Both the position numbers and the translations under genes were made by a program. This document shows, one piece after another, positions 42,616 to 51,909 of a stretch of DNA of 64,000 bases. Where the stretch lies: the NCBI GenBank assembly GCA_965217865.1, contig CBDCJO010000002.1:3200001-3264000 (forward strand), in the 5' to 3' direction. Within the stretch, counting starts at the first letter, position 1. Each line of letters opens with the position of its first letter. The notes under the pieces are model-generated. The model did not search any database. It saw only the letters and a list, made by a program, of their open reading frames with translations, and was not told the origin of the DNA. The DNA comes from Candidatus Latescibacterota bacterium. GTDB taxonomy: Bacteria > Latescibacterota > UBA2968 > SICM01.

Positions 42616-42779
42616 AAGGCCCTCCTGTGGGAGAAAGGTGATTGAGATATCCGGATCTCAATTATAACCTCTCCTGACAACGAGGGCCTTTATATTAATA
42701 TCACGCCGCTTGCGGCTCGTGCCTGCGGCACTCGACAAAACCCACTCCGTGGGTTCGCAAGCGGCAAACGTTATACGAC

Positions 42780-43531
42780 ATGAAAGAACAGAGATACAAG
42801 GGTGTTTTCTTTGACCTCTATGGAACGCTTCTCGTCTATGGCGACATGGAAAGAGCCTGGGAGGAGTGGTTGGACTCTATACTCGCTTCCATGCGCAAGA
42901 ATGGCGCGGAGATTGAAAGAGATTCTCTGAGAGAGATCTGCAGTGGTTTTTTCAACAAACCAGAACCTCCGCGTGAGAGCAACCACACAATCTATGAGCG
43001 ACGCATTGGCGCTCTCGGTGAGCAGCTTGGGATTACTCTGGAGGGGTCTGAAAAGACTGCGATTTCGGATCATAGTGTGCACTCTTGGACAAAGTACACC
43101 ACCGTCGACCCCGAGGCGACGCGGCTACTTGGCGAAGTTCATGGCTCGATGCGTACCGCACTGATATCCAATTTCATCATCCGTCTCACGTGCGATCTCG
43201 ACTTCAGGAATCGGGGTTCGAGCGGTATTTCGACGTTGTGGTGATATCAGGTGAGGTTGGGATCAAGAAGCCCAGTCCGGAAATCTTCTCAATTGCGATT
43301 GCGGAGACCGGATTGCAGCCGAGTGAGGTCGCGTTCGTCGGTGATTCGATCGACGACGACATGATGGGGGCAGCCGCAGCTGGTCTCACGCCGATCCTGA
43401 TCGACAGGCACGATGGTAAGCGGAGGGTTGCGTCCGACTACGGTGCGGATCATGACTCGAAACCTCGTGGGCCAGACCCCATGATGGTAATTGCGTCACT
43501 GGGAGGCCTACGAGAGATTTTGTTCGATTAG
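42780..43531 (+). pseudogene. HAD hydrolase cassette gene, frameshift near 43175
   Basis: FFDLYGTL and LISNF in one frame. GIKKPSPEIF and FVGDS..DDMMGA in the next frame. Confidence 0.85.
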
Positions 43532-43540
43532 CTTCACGTC

Positions 43541-43660
43541 GTATAACACGCCCGTGCCCGGCTTCGGGCGTTCGCCCTCCGCGCAACCTGCTTCCACCTT
43601 CGCGGCTAACGCCGCTTCGGTGGACAAGTCGCAGGTTCGTGGTTGCCGAGAACGTTACCC
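43541..43660 (+). other. attC site
   Basis: GTCGTATAAC (43538-47) is the exact reverse complement of GTTATACGAC (42770-79). R' GTTACCC at 43654. Confidence 0.85.
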
Positions 43661-43757
43661 GCAATGCAGATTTTGAGACTATTGGGAAACAAATGGGGGC
43701 AAAATACAGCCTTCCAACCACCCACTCCGTATTTATCATAGCAGTTGTCCCGTGATT

Positions 43758-44282
43758 ATGCATAAACAGAAACTTAACTACGGAATTCGTCTCGCTGACA
43801 CAGCTGACCTGCCGTTCCTGCAAGAGATGCTTTATGAAGCAGCTTACTGGAGAACGGATCGAGAGCGTCCTCCAATTCATAAAGGATTAGCACGTCCAGA
43901 CATTCAAAAAGTTCTTCACAATTGGGGTCGCCCTGGAGATACAGCAGTAATTGCCGTCGATGGAAACGATATGCCGTTGGGTGCTGCTTGGTACCGGTTT
44001 TGGACGTCAGAGTATCATTCCTTTGGTTTTGTGGATGAATCGACCCCCGAGGTTGGAATTGGCGTGCGAGTAGAGAAAAGAAGGCAAGGAGTGGGAACGG
44101 CCCTTTTACAAGCTCTGCTCAAGCAGGCTGCTAAACAAAGGATACAACGTGTAAGTCTCAGTGTCGACCCGGATAATTACGCCCGTAAAATTTATGAGAA
44201 GATTGGCTTTAAGAAAGTAGATGTCCCTGACAATTCTTGGACGATGGTGGTGGATCTGGCGTCAGAAAAGAAAAAGACATAG
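43758..44282 (+). CDS. GNAT acetyltransferase (gene cassette)
   Basis: GAAWYR, IGVRVEKRRQGVGTALL, LSVDPDNYA..YEKIGF. Confidence 0.9.
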   Translation: MHKQKLNYGIRLADTADLPFLQEMLYEAAYWRTDRERPPIHKGLARPDIQKVLHNWGRPGDTAVIAVDGNDMPLGAAWYRFWTSEYHSFGFVDESTPEVGIGVRVEKRRQGVGTALLQALLKQAAKQRIQRVSLSVDPDNYARKIYEKIGFKKVDVPDNSWTMVVDLASEKKKT

Positions 44283-44329
44283 AGGCCTGTCTGCCCATTT
44301 ATGGTTTTCCTGTTGTCAAAATCTGCCAA

Positions 44330-44412
44330 GCGGGTAGCATGTGGCTCACGGCTCCGCTGCGTTGCAGCTTCGGAGGATAAGACGCGGGTTCGTGAGCCAC
44401 TGAAGGTTATGA
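44330..44412 (+). other. attC site, mutated (R'' AAC>AGC; 32-bp internal deletion)
   Basis: GCGGGTAGC versus the expected GCGGGTAAC. Arms GTGGCTCACG/CGTGAGCCAC. R' GTTATGA at 44406. Confidence 0.85.
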
Positions 44413-44443
44413 GAAATGCGATTAAAAGCAGGAGATTGATCAT

Positions 44444-45181
44444 TTGACCACTTGGCCAGCAGAGATGCCTACCGTCGAATGCAAGGTCCTTGGTGAGACG
44501 TTCAGCATCGAGTGTGTGGAGATGTATGGCGGGTGTCTTCCCGAGGTTGGTCATACATCCACTCGGGCTACATACACATACCCCCACGCGAAACAGGTCT
44601 CACTGAGTCGCTGTGAGGTGATTTGTGAGCTTAAGCATAGCGACATGGCAGTCTATGAGATTGCTGAGTCATCACCAGGTTCACAGGACCTTCCAGATCT
44701 GTGGTATGAAGGACAATCAAACGAAGGTGTCTTCGGTCTGTTTCTGTTCAAACGCAGCAAGCACGAGATTGGCTATTTCGAGCAGTATTCGGGGCAAGGG
44801 GAGCCTGATACGCCACTAATGCTTACGCCTGGGTTTCACCGTGAATACGAATGGACTGAGAACGTGCAGGGTGTAAAGGAACCATGGCTTGTGGTCAATG
44901 ACATTTCCGGTGCAGTTAGGCTGCGACTGGGTGAGAAGGAGTTTAAATGCTTGGTCTTTGAAGAAATGATTCTCACTACACAACGACAGCCGGTCCACTT
45001 CAATGTCTCATACCTGAACACTAGTGGTAGGCGTGTCCTCATTCGTCGATGGGAGGGAGCCAAAGGAGCCAAACAGGGACTCCTTCAGGGATGTGATACC
45101 AAGACTTTCAAGGGATATACCTGGCGGCAGCATTACGACGTTGTCGGCGACGTGTTCCTGAATGGTGACGACACGGGCTGA
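44444..45181 (+). CDS. Hypothetical protein (gene cassette)
   Basis: RBS AGGAG. The ORF fills the space between two attC sites. Confidence 0.75.
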   Translation: MTTWPAEMPTVECKVLGETFSIECVEMYGGCLPEVGHTSTRATYTYPHAKQVSLSRCEVICELKHSDMAVYEIAESSPGSQDLPDLWYEGQSNEGVFGLFLFKRSKHEIGYFEQYSGQGEPDTPLMLTPGFHREYEWTENVQGVKEPWLVVNDISGAVRLRLGEKEFKCLVFEEMILTTQRQPVHFNVSYLNTSGRRVLIRRWEGAKGAKQGLLQGCDTKTFKGYTWRQHYDVVGDVFLNGDDTG

Positions 45182-45210
45182 GTCATAGGCAGAGCGAGAC
45201 GTCGCACTTC

Positions 45211-45323
45211 TCATAACATGTGGCTCACGGCTCCGCTGCGCTCCGCACCAACCCGCTTCCTCCCCCGCTGCGTTGCAGCTTCGGAGGATAAGACGCGGGT
45301 TCGTGAGCCACTGAACGTTATGT
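45211..45323 (+). other. attC site
   Basis: TTCTCATAAC (45208-17) is the exact complement of GTTATGAGAA (44406-15). Same arms as the previous attC. R' GTTATGT at 45317. Confidence 0.9.
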
Positions 45324-45403
45324 GTAATGCCAGCCCTGGTGAAGCATACATCGAACTATGAAAGATGATCCAGTCTCAGTGTGAATTGATCCGGAGGAGG
45401 TAG

Positions 45404-46423
45404 GTGGAACTCGACGAAGATCGTTTGAGGGCTATTCTTAGCGACACGCATTCATTCTATGGGTCAAAGCCTGCACAGTACCGAACCGATGAATGGGTTA
45501 GTCCGAATGCACGTGACCTGATAGTCGCCCAGTTTCGATCAGATTCGCGGGTTCTTGACATTGGGTGTGGAAATGGGGTCACACTTCTTGAGAACTGGGG
45601 AGCCTTTCGAACGGGCGTTGGGCTAGACAACGACGTTGTCGCAGGCAGAAAATTATCCAGAGACTTCGGGATGGATTCGAGAAGTAGTATTGTTCTAAAC
45701 GAAACGGCGATAAAAAGGTTGGGGTTTGAGTCACCGGCTGATGCTATCAATGAACCGTTTGAAGGATTTTATGATTCCGGATATGATGAGTTTAAGGGAG
45801 GGAAGATCGTGGGTGTGGTGAAAGATTTTCATTTCAAATCGATGCACTCCAGGATTGAACCTCTCGTTATCCACATCTGGCCCTGGCTTAATTACCTTCT
45901 GGTGAGAATTAACCCTGAAGAGATCTCAGGGACATTGGCCTTTCTGGAACGCAAATATGAAGAGCTCGATTCAAACCATCCATTCGAATTCTCCTTCCTG
46001 GACAATCGTTTTGACAAAATGTATCGGTCTGAAGAAAACCTCACGCATATCTTCGGTTCGTTTTCTATGCTGGCCATTCTCATAGCATCTCTCGGCTTGC
46101 TTGGTCTGGCGTCTTTGACCCTTGGCCAGCGGACCAAGGAAATTGGTATTAGAAAAGTCCTTGGAGCTTCAATTGCTAACATCGCCTTCCTGATTTCAAA
46201 GGATTTCTTAAAGCTGGTGCTCATTGCCAACTGTTTCGCGTGGCCGGTTGCATATTATGCAACGACTCATTGGCTGAGGAATTTTGCATATCGGATCGAT
46301 ATTGGACCGGCGGTTTTTGTGTTGGGCGGTATTATGGCATTCGTAGTCGCTCTAATATCGATCAGTGTTCAGACTCAAAGGGCAGCGTTCACCAATCCTG
46401 TAAATGCGCTGCGTTATGAATGA
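45404..46423 (+). pseudogene. In-frame chimera: methyltransferase N-terminus plus MacB/FtsX ABC permease C-terminus
   Basis: VLDIGCGNG, then from ~45633 VAGR..IVLNETA..GVVKDFHFKS..QRTKEIGIRKVLGAS..NPVNALRYE. Confidence 0.8.
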
Positions 46424-46812
46424 ACGTGGTGGTCTGAGAAGGATGAAGTGAAACAGTATGAGCGCCGGATTGCTGAGTTGGAGCGTATGCTGGGCCAGAA
46501 GGAGGTTGAACTGGCTCTGGCGAAAAATTGTTTGGACGGTCGCTGACGGTGGATGAGAAGGTGGATCTGGTAAAGAAAAATCGCTGTCGATTTGGTCTGA
46601 ACAGGTGCTTGATAGCTCTGGGGCTGTCGAAAGGCACCTGGCACCACCGCCAACGCCGAAGGGATGCCACAGGCAAGGATATGGCACTGAGGCGGCGGAT
46701 CACATCAATCATCAAGAGGAATCCTGGTTACGGACATCGACCGATCCTGGCCGAGTTAAACGAAGGAGGTAAAAACCGGGTTAACCACAAGCGTTTGCTG
46801 CGCGTTCTGGCT
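46424..46812 (+). mobile_element. IS3-family OrfA/OrfB junction fragment
   Basis: YERRIAELERMLGQKEVE, then CLIALGLSKGTW...PGYGHR...VNHKRLLR. Confidence 0.7.
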
Positions 46813-46847
46813 GACACGGCCACTTCTGCAACCCCTGACCGTTAAAT
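46813..46847 (+). other. Right half of attC
   Basis: CACGGCCACTTCTGCAACCCCTGACC-GTTAAAT, similar to the minus-strand attC at 50319. Confidence 0.7.
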
Positions 46848-46907
46848 GCAATCGTGGTCCCAGATACGATATGACAAAACTCTGGCGAAGTACGATTCGA
46901 ATAAAAA

Positions 46908-47390
46908 ATGAGACACCTTCCAGCCATAGCATACCTGATCAAGCACAAGTTCCGGGTGTTCGTTCACTCGGTATTGATGGGTGTCCCTTTGCGGGGGATC
47001 CTGCATGACTACAGCAAGATTTCCCCCACAGAGCACTTTGGGATTGGCCGTCACTTCTATCCCAGCAACCCATCTGAGAAAGAGCGCCACAGGGATCTAT
47101 TCAAGAAAGCGAAAGCCCACCACATTGCAGGGAATGATCACGAACTGCCCTATTGGTATAGAGAAGACGGTAGTTGCAGTGAGATTCCTGAATCAGCTAG
47201 AAGGGAGACAGTCTGTGACTGGGCCGCATTCCAGGGTCTTGCCTTCTCTCTGAAAGGAGTTAGAGAGAAGGCGAGGATGTCCTATACCCATTGGGCGAAG
47301 AACTACAGGATGCACCCCAGCACTAGACAGTGGTTTGAGCACTTCCTGGAGCTTCAGGGGAAAAAGGAAGGGGACCACGACAGCATTTAA
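46908..47390 (+). CDS. DUF5662-like HD-domain protein (gene cassette)
   Basis: HK..V, GILHDYSK.SPTE, HH..N.H, VCDW. Bounded by complementary R'/R'' sequences. Confidence 0.7.
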   Translation: MRHLPAIAYLIKHKFRVFVHSVLMGVPLRGILHDYSKISPTEHFGIGRHFYPSNPSEKERHRDLFKKAKAHHIAGNDHELPYWYREDGSCSEIPESARRETVCDWAAFQGLAFSLKGVREKARMSYTHWAKNYRMHPSTRQWFEHFLELQGKKEGDHDSI

Positions 47391-47417
47391 CACAGCACTC
47401 CCGAGCTTCGGCCCTAG
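47383..47417 (+). other. Left half of attC, cut by IS1182 copy 3
   Basis: GCATTTAAC-ACAGCACTCCCGAGCTTCGGC has the same arm as the attC at 23428-23509. Confidence 0.8.
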
Positions 47418-47892
47418 CAGCCTGTTGAAAAAGTGCGTTTATGCCAAGATGACTGTTGTCTTTCCTTGTGGTTTGGTCCTATGATATATCAGGTTCAAAC
47501 TGAGAAGGGAGGACGAGCAAATGGCAATGGGAAAACGAGGACGACAGAGACAGGAAAACCTGTTCATCGCATCGAACACTTTGGTGAAATCTCCGGGTCA
47601 TCCGTTCTACGAGAAGCTGAATCAGGTATTGGGGGCGAACGGCTTCGACGAGTTCGTCGAGGGGCTTTGCCAGCGGTATTACGCTCCTCATATGGGTCGC
47701 AAGGGCATTCCGCCCGGGGTTTATTTTCGGATGCTTTTGATTGGGTATTTCGAGGGACTTGATTCGGAACGTGGGATCGAATGGCGTGTATCTGACTCGC
47801 TGACGTTGCGCCGGTTTTTGGGGTATGCCCTTGACGAACAGACCCCGGATCATTCCAGCCTGTCTCGCATCCGGCATCGGCTTCCCTTGGAA
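47418..47892 (+). mobile_element. IS1182-family copy 3, 3'-truncated
   Basis: Near-identical 5' 475 bp, preceded by CTAG. Confidence 0.9.
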
Positions 47893-48935
47893 TTAACTGA
47901 GTTTGCGGACGTGTTTTAGCCGGGGTGGACGGACTTGTCCCTGTGATGTTACGACGACAGGTGCTGACATGGCAGTCAGGCCGGTTTGAGCCATCTGATT
48001 CTGTTCCAGGCCGGGAAGAAGTCAGTCATCCACCGGTTGTAGCCCAAGACACGATAGATGATCTGTCTTCCCCGGGTCACGATCTGGCAAGGGATCCAGA
48101 TCAGATTCTGGAGGAAGGCGCGAAACTCCATTCTCAGAAGTTGATCGCGACGCTCACGCTTTCGGATCATCAACGCGAACCAGGCTTTGAGGTTCCACGC
48201 CAGGGCGGTCATGACCATGTAAGCCCAGTTGCTCATCAGGTTGTCGACGGGCATCCGCATGGCGTTGACCCCGTTCTTGAGTTGTTCAATCACGTTTTCC
48301 TGATCGCACCGTCGATTGGCCAGCCTCACGATTTCCGCGGCCGCAAGATCTTTTCGGGTGGTAATGTAGAAGAAATAGCGCTTGTCATCGAACAGGGCGT
48401 TTTCGCCGCGTTCGACGCTCAGGTTCTTTTCGAGGATCACGAGTCGACAGGTCTTCTTGCATCGAGCAGGACGATACGAAACCCCGGCAACACGTTCACT
48501 GGCAAGCCGGATGTTTTTGAAGCCGCGCTCCCGGATGATCCGGGCTTTCACGTTCTCGCGTTTCTGTCTCTGGGAGGTCTTGACCTGGTATTTGGGTTGT
48601 CGTTCAAAGGGCTCCCAATCGCTCTGTGACAGGGATTTGGCGATCTTGACCAATCCCCGGTAAGCATCCATGCCGAAGACGAAGTCGACCTTTTCCGACC
48701 AACGATCGAAGTGCCGGGTGAGTGAGAAGCCGGTGTCTCCGCGCAGGCAGATGCGTTTGGCGAAAGGGGCGACCAGCGCGATGGCGCGATCGATCCACTT
48801 TACGGCACCGTCGTGGCTGGGCACATGGCCGGGTCGATTCACAAGAAACAACACCTCCCTGGTGTTCGCCAGAGAGACCACGAGAGGATGGTATCCCCAG
48901 ATACCGTTGTATGACAGGGCCATGCCCTGCTTGCG
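47893..48935 (-). mobile_element. IS1380-family transposase C-terminal part
   Basis: SYNGIWGYHPLVVSLA, LRGDTGF, RCDQENVIEQLKNG, NWAYMVM..LAWNLK. Confidence 0.85.
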
Positions 48936-48939
48936 TCGC

Positions 48940-49082
48940 AACCGATTGGGTGTCTGTGTAAGATCGCTTAGCTCGATCAAACGCTTCGAACGGAAGTTCG
49001 GCACGGGCTATTGCCGCCACGTCATCTAGGGACGCAACTGAAATAGCTTCACAAATCCGCACGACTGCCTCAGTATGCATAT
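48940..49082 (-). pseudogene. N-terminal fragment, possibly of an HNH nuclease
   Basis: AAIARAELPF......RSYT..QSV resembles the leader of some HNH proteins. No catalytic part is present. Confidence 0.35.
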
Positions 49083-49127
49083 GGGAATTATAAACTTGCC
49101 GGTCAGAAGATTTAGTCCTCTTACCGC

Positions 49128-49255
49128 TGACCTGCCTGAATTCTTCGGACTTTTTCATGGAGAATGGCTCCTTCAGGTACCTCTGTTGATCGGCTGATGA
49201 ACTCCTTCGGAGTCAGATTTCCCCAGACTTGAATGGGGCCGAACCTCGTTGTAGC
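49128..49255 (-). mobile_element. IS3/IS407-group right end remnant
   Basis: YNEVRPHSSL..LTPKEF and terminal GTCCGAAGAATTCAGGCAGGTCA. Confidence 0.7.
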
Positions 49256-49444
49256 ACCGACGCCTCTTCTTCATCTCATCTCCCTCCGTCCGCCCGCCTG
49301 ATCTTTGCGCTGATTCCGTCGAAGTTGGTCAAGAACTGGACCCCTCAGCTTCGTTGCCCGTCAAATGCCCACTGTGCATCCTTAGTGGCTCGGACCTTGA
49401 CTGGATCATTCCGCTTTCCCGTCCCAGGGTTGTTCATGTGCCCC

Positions 49445-49735
49445 CCACATCTACCCGTAATTCCCCCGACACTAGCTTGGGCAGGAGCGCGTCGCGCAGG
49501 GCGGTGAGGGCGCGGGATTCTGCAATGTTTGACCTCCCATGGGCCGAGCGCATGAATCGAACGCTTCAACGATGTTAGGGTTTGGCTCAATCACCCGCAA
49601 GGTTTCAAACTGGCTCTTGTTGACAGCACCGAACACTGTCCCTGTATGCTCGTATTCTTGGAGTACCGACTGAATCGTCCAAGTGGAATAGTAGCTGAAT
49701 GACATCGTATCTGATTTGTGCCTCAGCGCCCCTAA
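49445..49735 (-). pseudogene. hsdS: Type I RM specificity subunit C-terminal fragment
   Basis: GTVFGAVNKSQF..L.VIEP and, after a frameshift, ESRALTALRDALLPKLVSGELRV. Confidence 0.8.
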
Positions 49736-49822
49736 TCAGCTACGGGACTGACAGGGACTTTCCCCTCTCTCAATATCTCTTCCGAGTAACCAATCCCCGG
49801 GGGCATTTTCTCGTCCTCATAT

Positions 49823-50278
49823 TCAGGTGAATATGTCAGTAAGCTCACTTAGTGAATGGATGATGAAATTCGGTTGGCCTGTTTTCTCATCTGGCATTAC
49901 ATTGGCGAATTTGCCATTTTGATACCAAACTGTCGTTGCCCCCGCTTGATTTCCCCATGCGATCCCTCTGATAACATAGTCATCCACAACAGCAACTTCA
50001 TGGGCTTTGAGATTAAATTCCTGAAGAAAATTATTGTATTCTTGCGATTTCTTATCAACATCGTTGGTAAATCGAATGACGTCGAAACATCTTAGGATTC
50101 CATTTATTTTCAACACATCAATCCGCTCGGCCTCATTCTCTTTGGTTGAATAAGATACAATGCTAAGCTTATATTTCCTTGAAAGCTGCTTAACTACAAA
50201 CACCGCATCGGGAAATAATTGATCTGTTTCTCTGTCATACAAAGTCCGGCCATAATCAAAGATGATCATTCTAATCAT
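49823..50278 (-). CDS. HAD-family hydrolase
   Basis: IIFDYGRTL, VAVVDD..IAWGNQAG, PNFIIHSLSEL. Confidence 0.85.
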   Translation of the reverse strand: MIRMIIFDYGRTLYDRETDQLFPDAVFVVKQLSRKYKLSIVSYSTKENEAERIDVLKINGILRCFDVIRFTNDVDKKSQEYNNFLQEFNLKAHEVAVVDDYVIRGIAWGNQAGATTVWYQNGKFANVMPDEKTGQPNFIIHSLSELTDIFT

Positions 50279-50318
50279 ACAATAATCTAAAGAACCTTCG
50301 TGTTTGCTTGCCCATTAC

Positions 50319-50412
50319 GTATAACGTTTATGCATTGCAGAAGTGGCCGTGCTTACAAGCTGAAATATAGTGGGTGGCCTCAGTTGAAACAACAGACGTT
50401 TGCACGGCCATT
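50319..50412 (-). other. attC site lacking a clear R''
   Basis: Stem TGGCCGTGC/GCACGGCCA followed by ...GCATAAAC-GTTATAC upstream of the HAD gene. Confidence 0.65.
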
Positions 50413-50470
50413 TGGGAAGGGTGGTTGATGTGATGAGGGACTGCTTGGGGTGGTTTTCCTTCTTACCGAA

Positions 50471-50836
50471 TCAACCAAGGAACTCAGACAAAACGGGCTC
50501 TATCTGATTTGGCTCTATTATTTTATGAAATGCATGGTACATCATAACATCATCTGGGCAAGCATTGAAGTCTATTCCTACAGTGAGCTTCCCCCACGCA
50601 TAGGCCATACCAGTTTCAGCCGTCAAATCCCTTCCATAATCCTTCAAAACGGCCACGAAAATATCCGATCTCTTGATTAGCTCAACGTTCCTATGGAAAA
50701 TGTCATCCAAGGCCATATCTTGAGGAGTATCGATAGCTGCACAGAGGACTTTGAAACCTAGTCTCTCGATTCTGCTTATCAGTTCCCGATTCAGATCACC
50801 TAATTTGAGAGGTGAGCACAGATATACTGTTTTCAT
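50471..50836 (-). CDS. Nucleoside 2-deoxyribosyltransferase-family protein
   Basis: VYLCSP, IF.RNVELIKRSDIFVAVL, TAETGMAYAWGK. Confidence 0.8.
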   Translation of the reverse strand: MKTVYLCSPLKLGDLNRELISRIERLGFKVLCAAIDTPQDMALDDIFHRNVELIKRSDIFVAVLKDYGRDLTAETGMAYAWGKLTVGIDFNACPDDVMMYHAFHKIIEPNQIEPVLSEFLG

Positions 50837-50965
50837 AACATGATTCTCGGCTATTTGGTCATCTGCGGATACGCCTATGCGAGAAGCGCGGTTTTATGCG
50901 ACGACGAAGCCCGTTAAATAGAGTCCGTCGAGTACTCTTTTGTTTCGTTGTCTAATGACAAACCC

Positions 50966-51587
50966 TCATCCCTGCAAAAAGGAATGGACCATCCTTGTTG
51001 CCTCTATCCAGTTGGGGCAGCGGACTACTATATCCGTTCTAAACGGATCTTTTAGATTCCACGGACGGTCCAACAAAAGCACCGGGATCTTCAACTGCTC
51101 GGATAGAAATTGTGCTACCTCAGCTGAATCCTCGACGGCGAACGAGAAGCCAAATCTGTCCAACTCGTTTAATGCGACCGTTGTGGCCCCCGACGGAGGT
51201 GCGGAAGAGGAGAAACGACCATATTTGTCTACAAAGAGCAGTTCTTGAAAGGGCATTTTCTGGTCGGTGAGCCATTGTTCAGTTACCCTATTTGTAGTTG
51301 GAGGACGACCAGTAACCACGAAAATCTCGTATCCAAGGTCAACCCATTCACGTAGACAAGTCATGGCCCCTGGGCGTGGGGGAATCTCCAGGAGTATCTC
51401 GGGGTCATGAATCTTCCTCATTAGCTTACGAATTTCACCGGCAGATAAGCCAAATGATACACCTAAATCAAATGAATGGATGTGCTCGAAGCAGATGGTT
51501 TTGGAAAACATATTCTGCGCGATCTCCATCACCCTCTGAGCTGTTTCGCAGAGGACATCATCTAGATCGACATATATTCGTTTCATG
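50966..51587 (-). CDS. 5'(3')-deoxyribonucleotidase-like HAD (NT5C)
   Basis: IYVDLDDVL, VVTGRP, AVEDS, DRPWN. Start MKRIY near 51584-51590. Confidence 0.8.
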
Positions 51588-51611
51588 AGCATTATCACGC
51601 TGATTCTCGCG

Positions 51612-51883
51612 GGAGCTCCGAAGATGTCTCGCTGGCTGCGCCACAACGTCGGCAGAGACGGCGTCTCGGCAGGCCGCGTCTGCATGACTTGCGGCATACC
51701 GCCGCCAGTCACGCCGTCATGTCCGGCGAAAACCTTCCGCTCGTGGGAAAATTGCTCGGGCATCGGCGGCACCAGACCACGGCGGGCTATGCCCACCTAG
51801 CGGATGCGCACCTTATCGAAGCGGCGGAAAGGGTCGGAAACGTGATTGCAGAGGCGATGGCCTGTACAAAGGAGGCGATGTAG
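51612..51883 (+). pseudogene. Tyrosine integrase C-terminal fragment
   Basis: RLHDLRHTAAS...VGKLLGH...TTAGYAH. Confidence 0.85.
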
Positions 51884-51909
51884 TTACAGTTACAATATTG
51901 GCGTGAGGA

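Larger units (their letters stand above)
41073..42701 (-). mobile_element. IS1111-group (IS110 family) element #2 inserted immediately after attC R''
   Basis: Sub-terminal IRs ATATTAAAGGCCC (41073) / GGGCCTTTATAT (42684). ~500-bp downstream NCR. Confidence 0.88.
41064..42776 (+). other. attC site split by IS110 #2 (41064-41072 plus 42702-42776)
   Basis: GCCTAACAC | GCCGCTTGCG...CGCAAGCGGCAAAC-GTTATAC. CAC is present at both junctions. Confidence 0.85.

Noticed and set aside
50865-50920. Possible attC between NT5C and NDT genes
   Set aside because: An ATTTAAC is present, but there is no convincing paired R' or stem.
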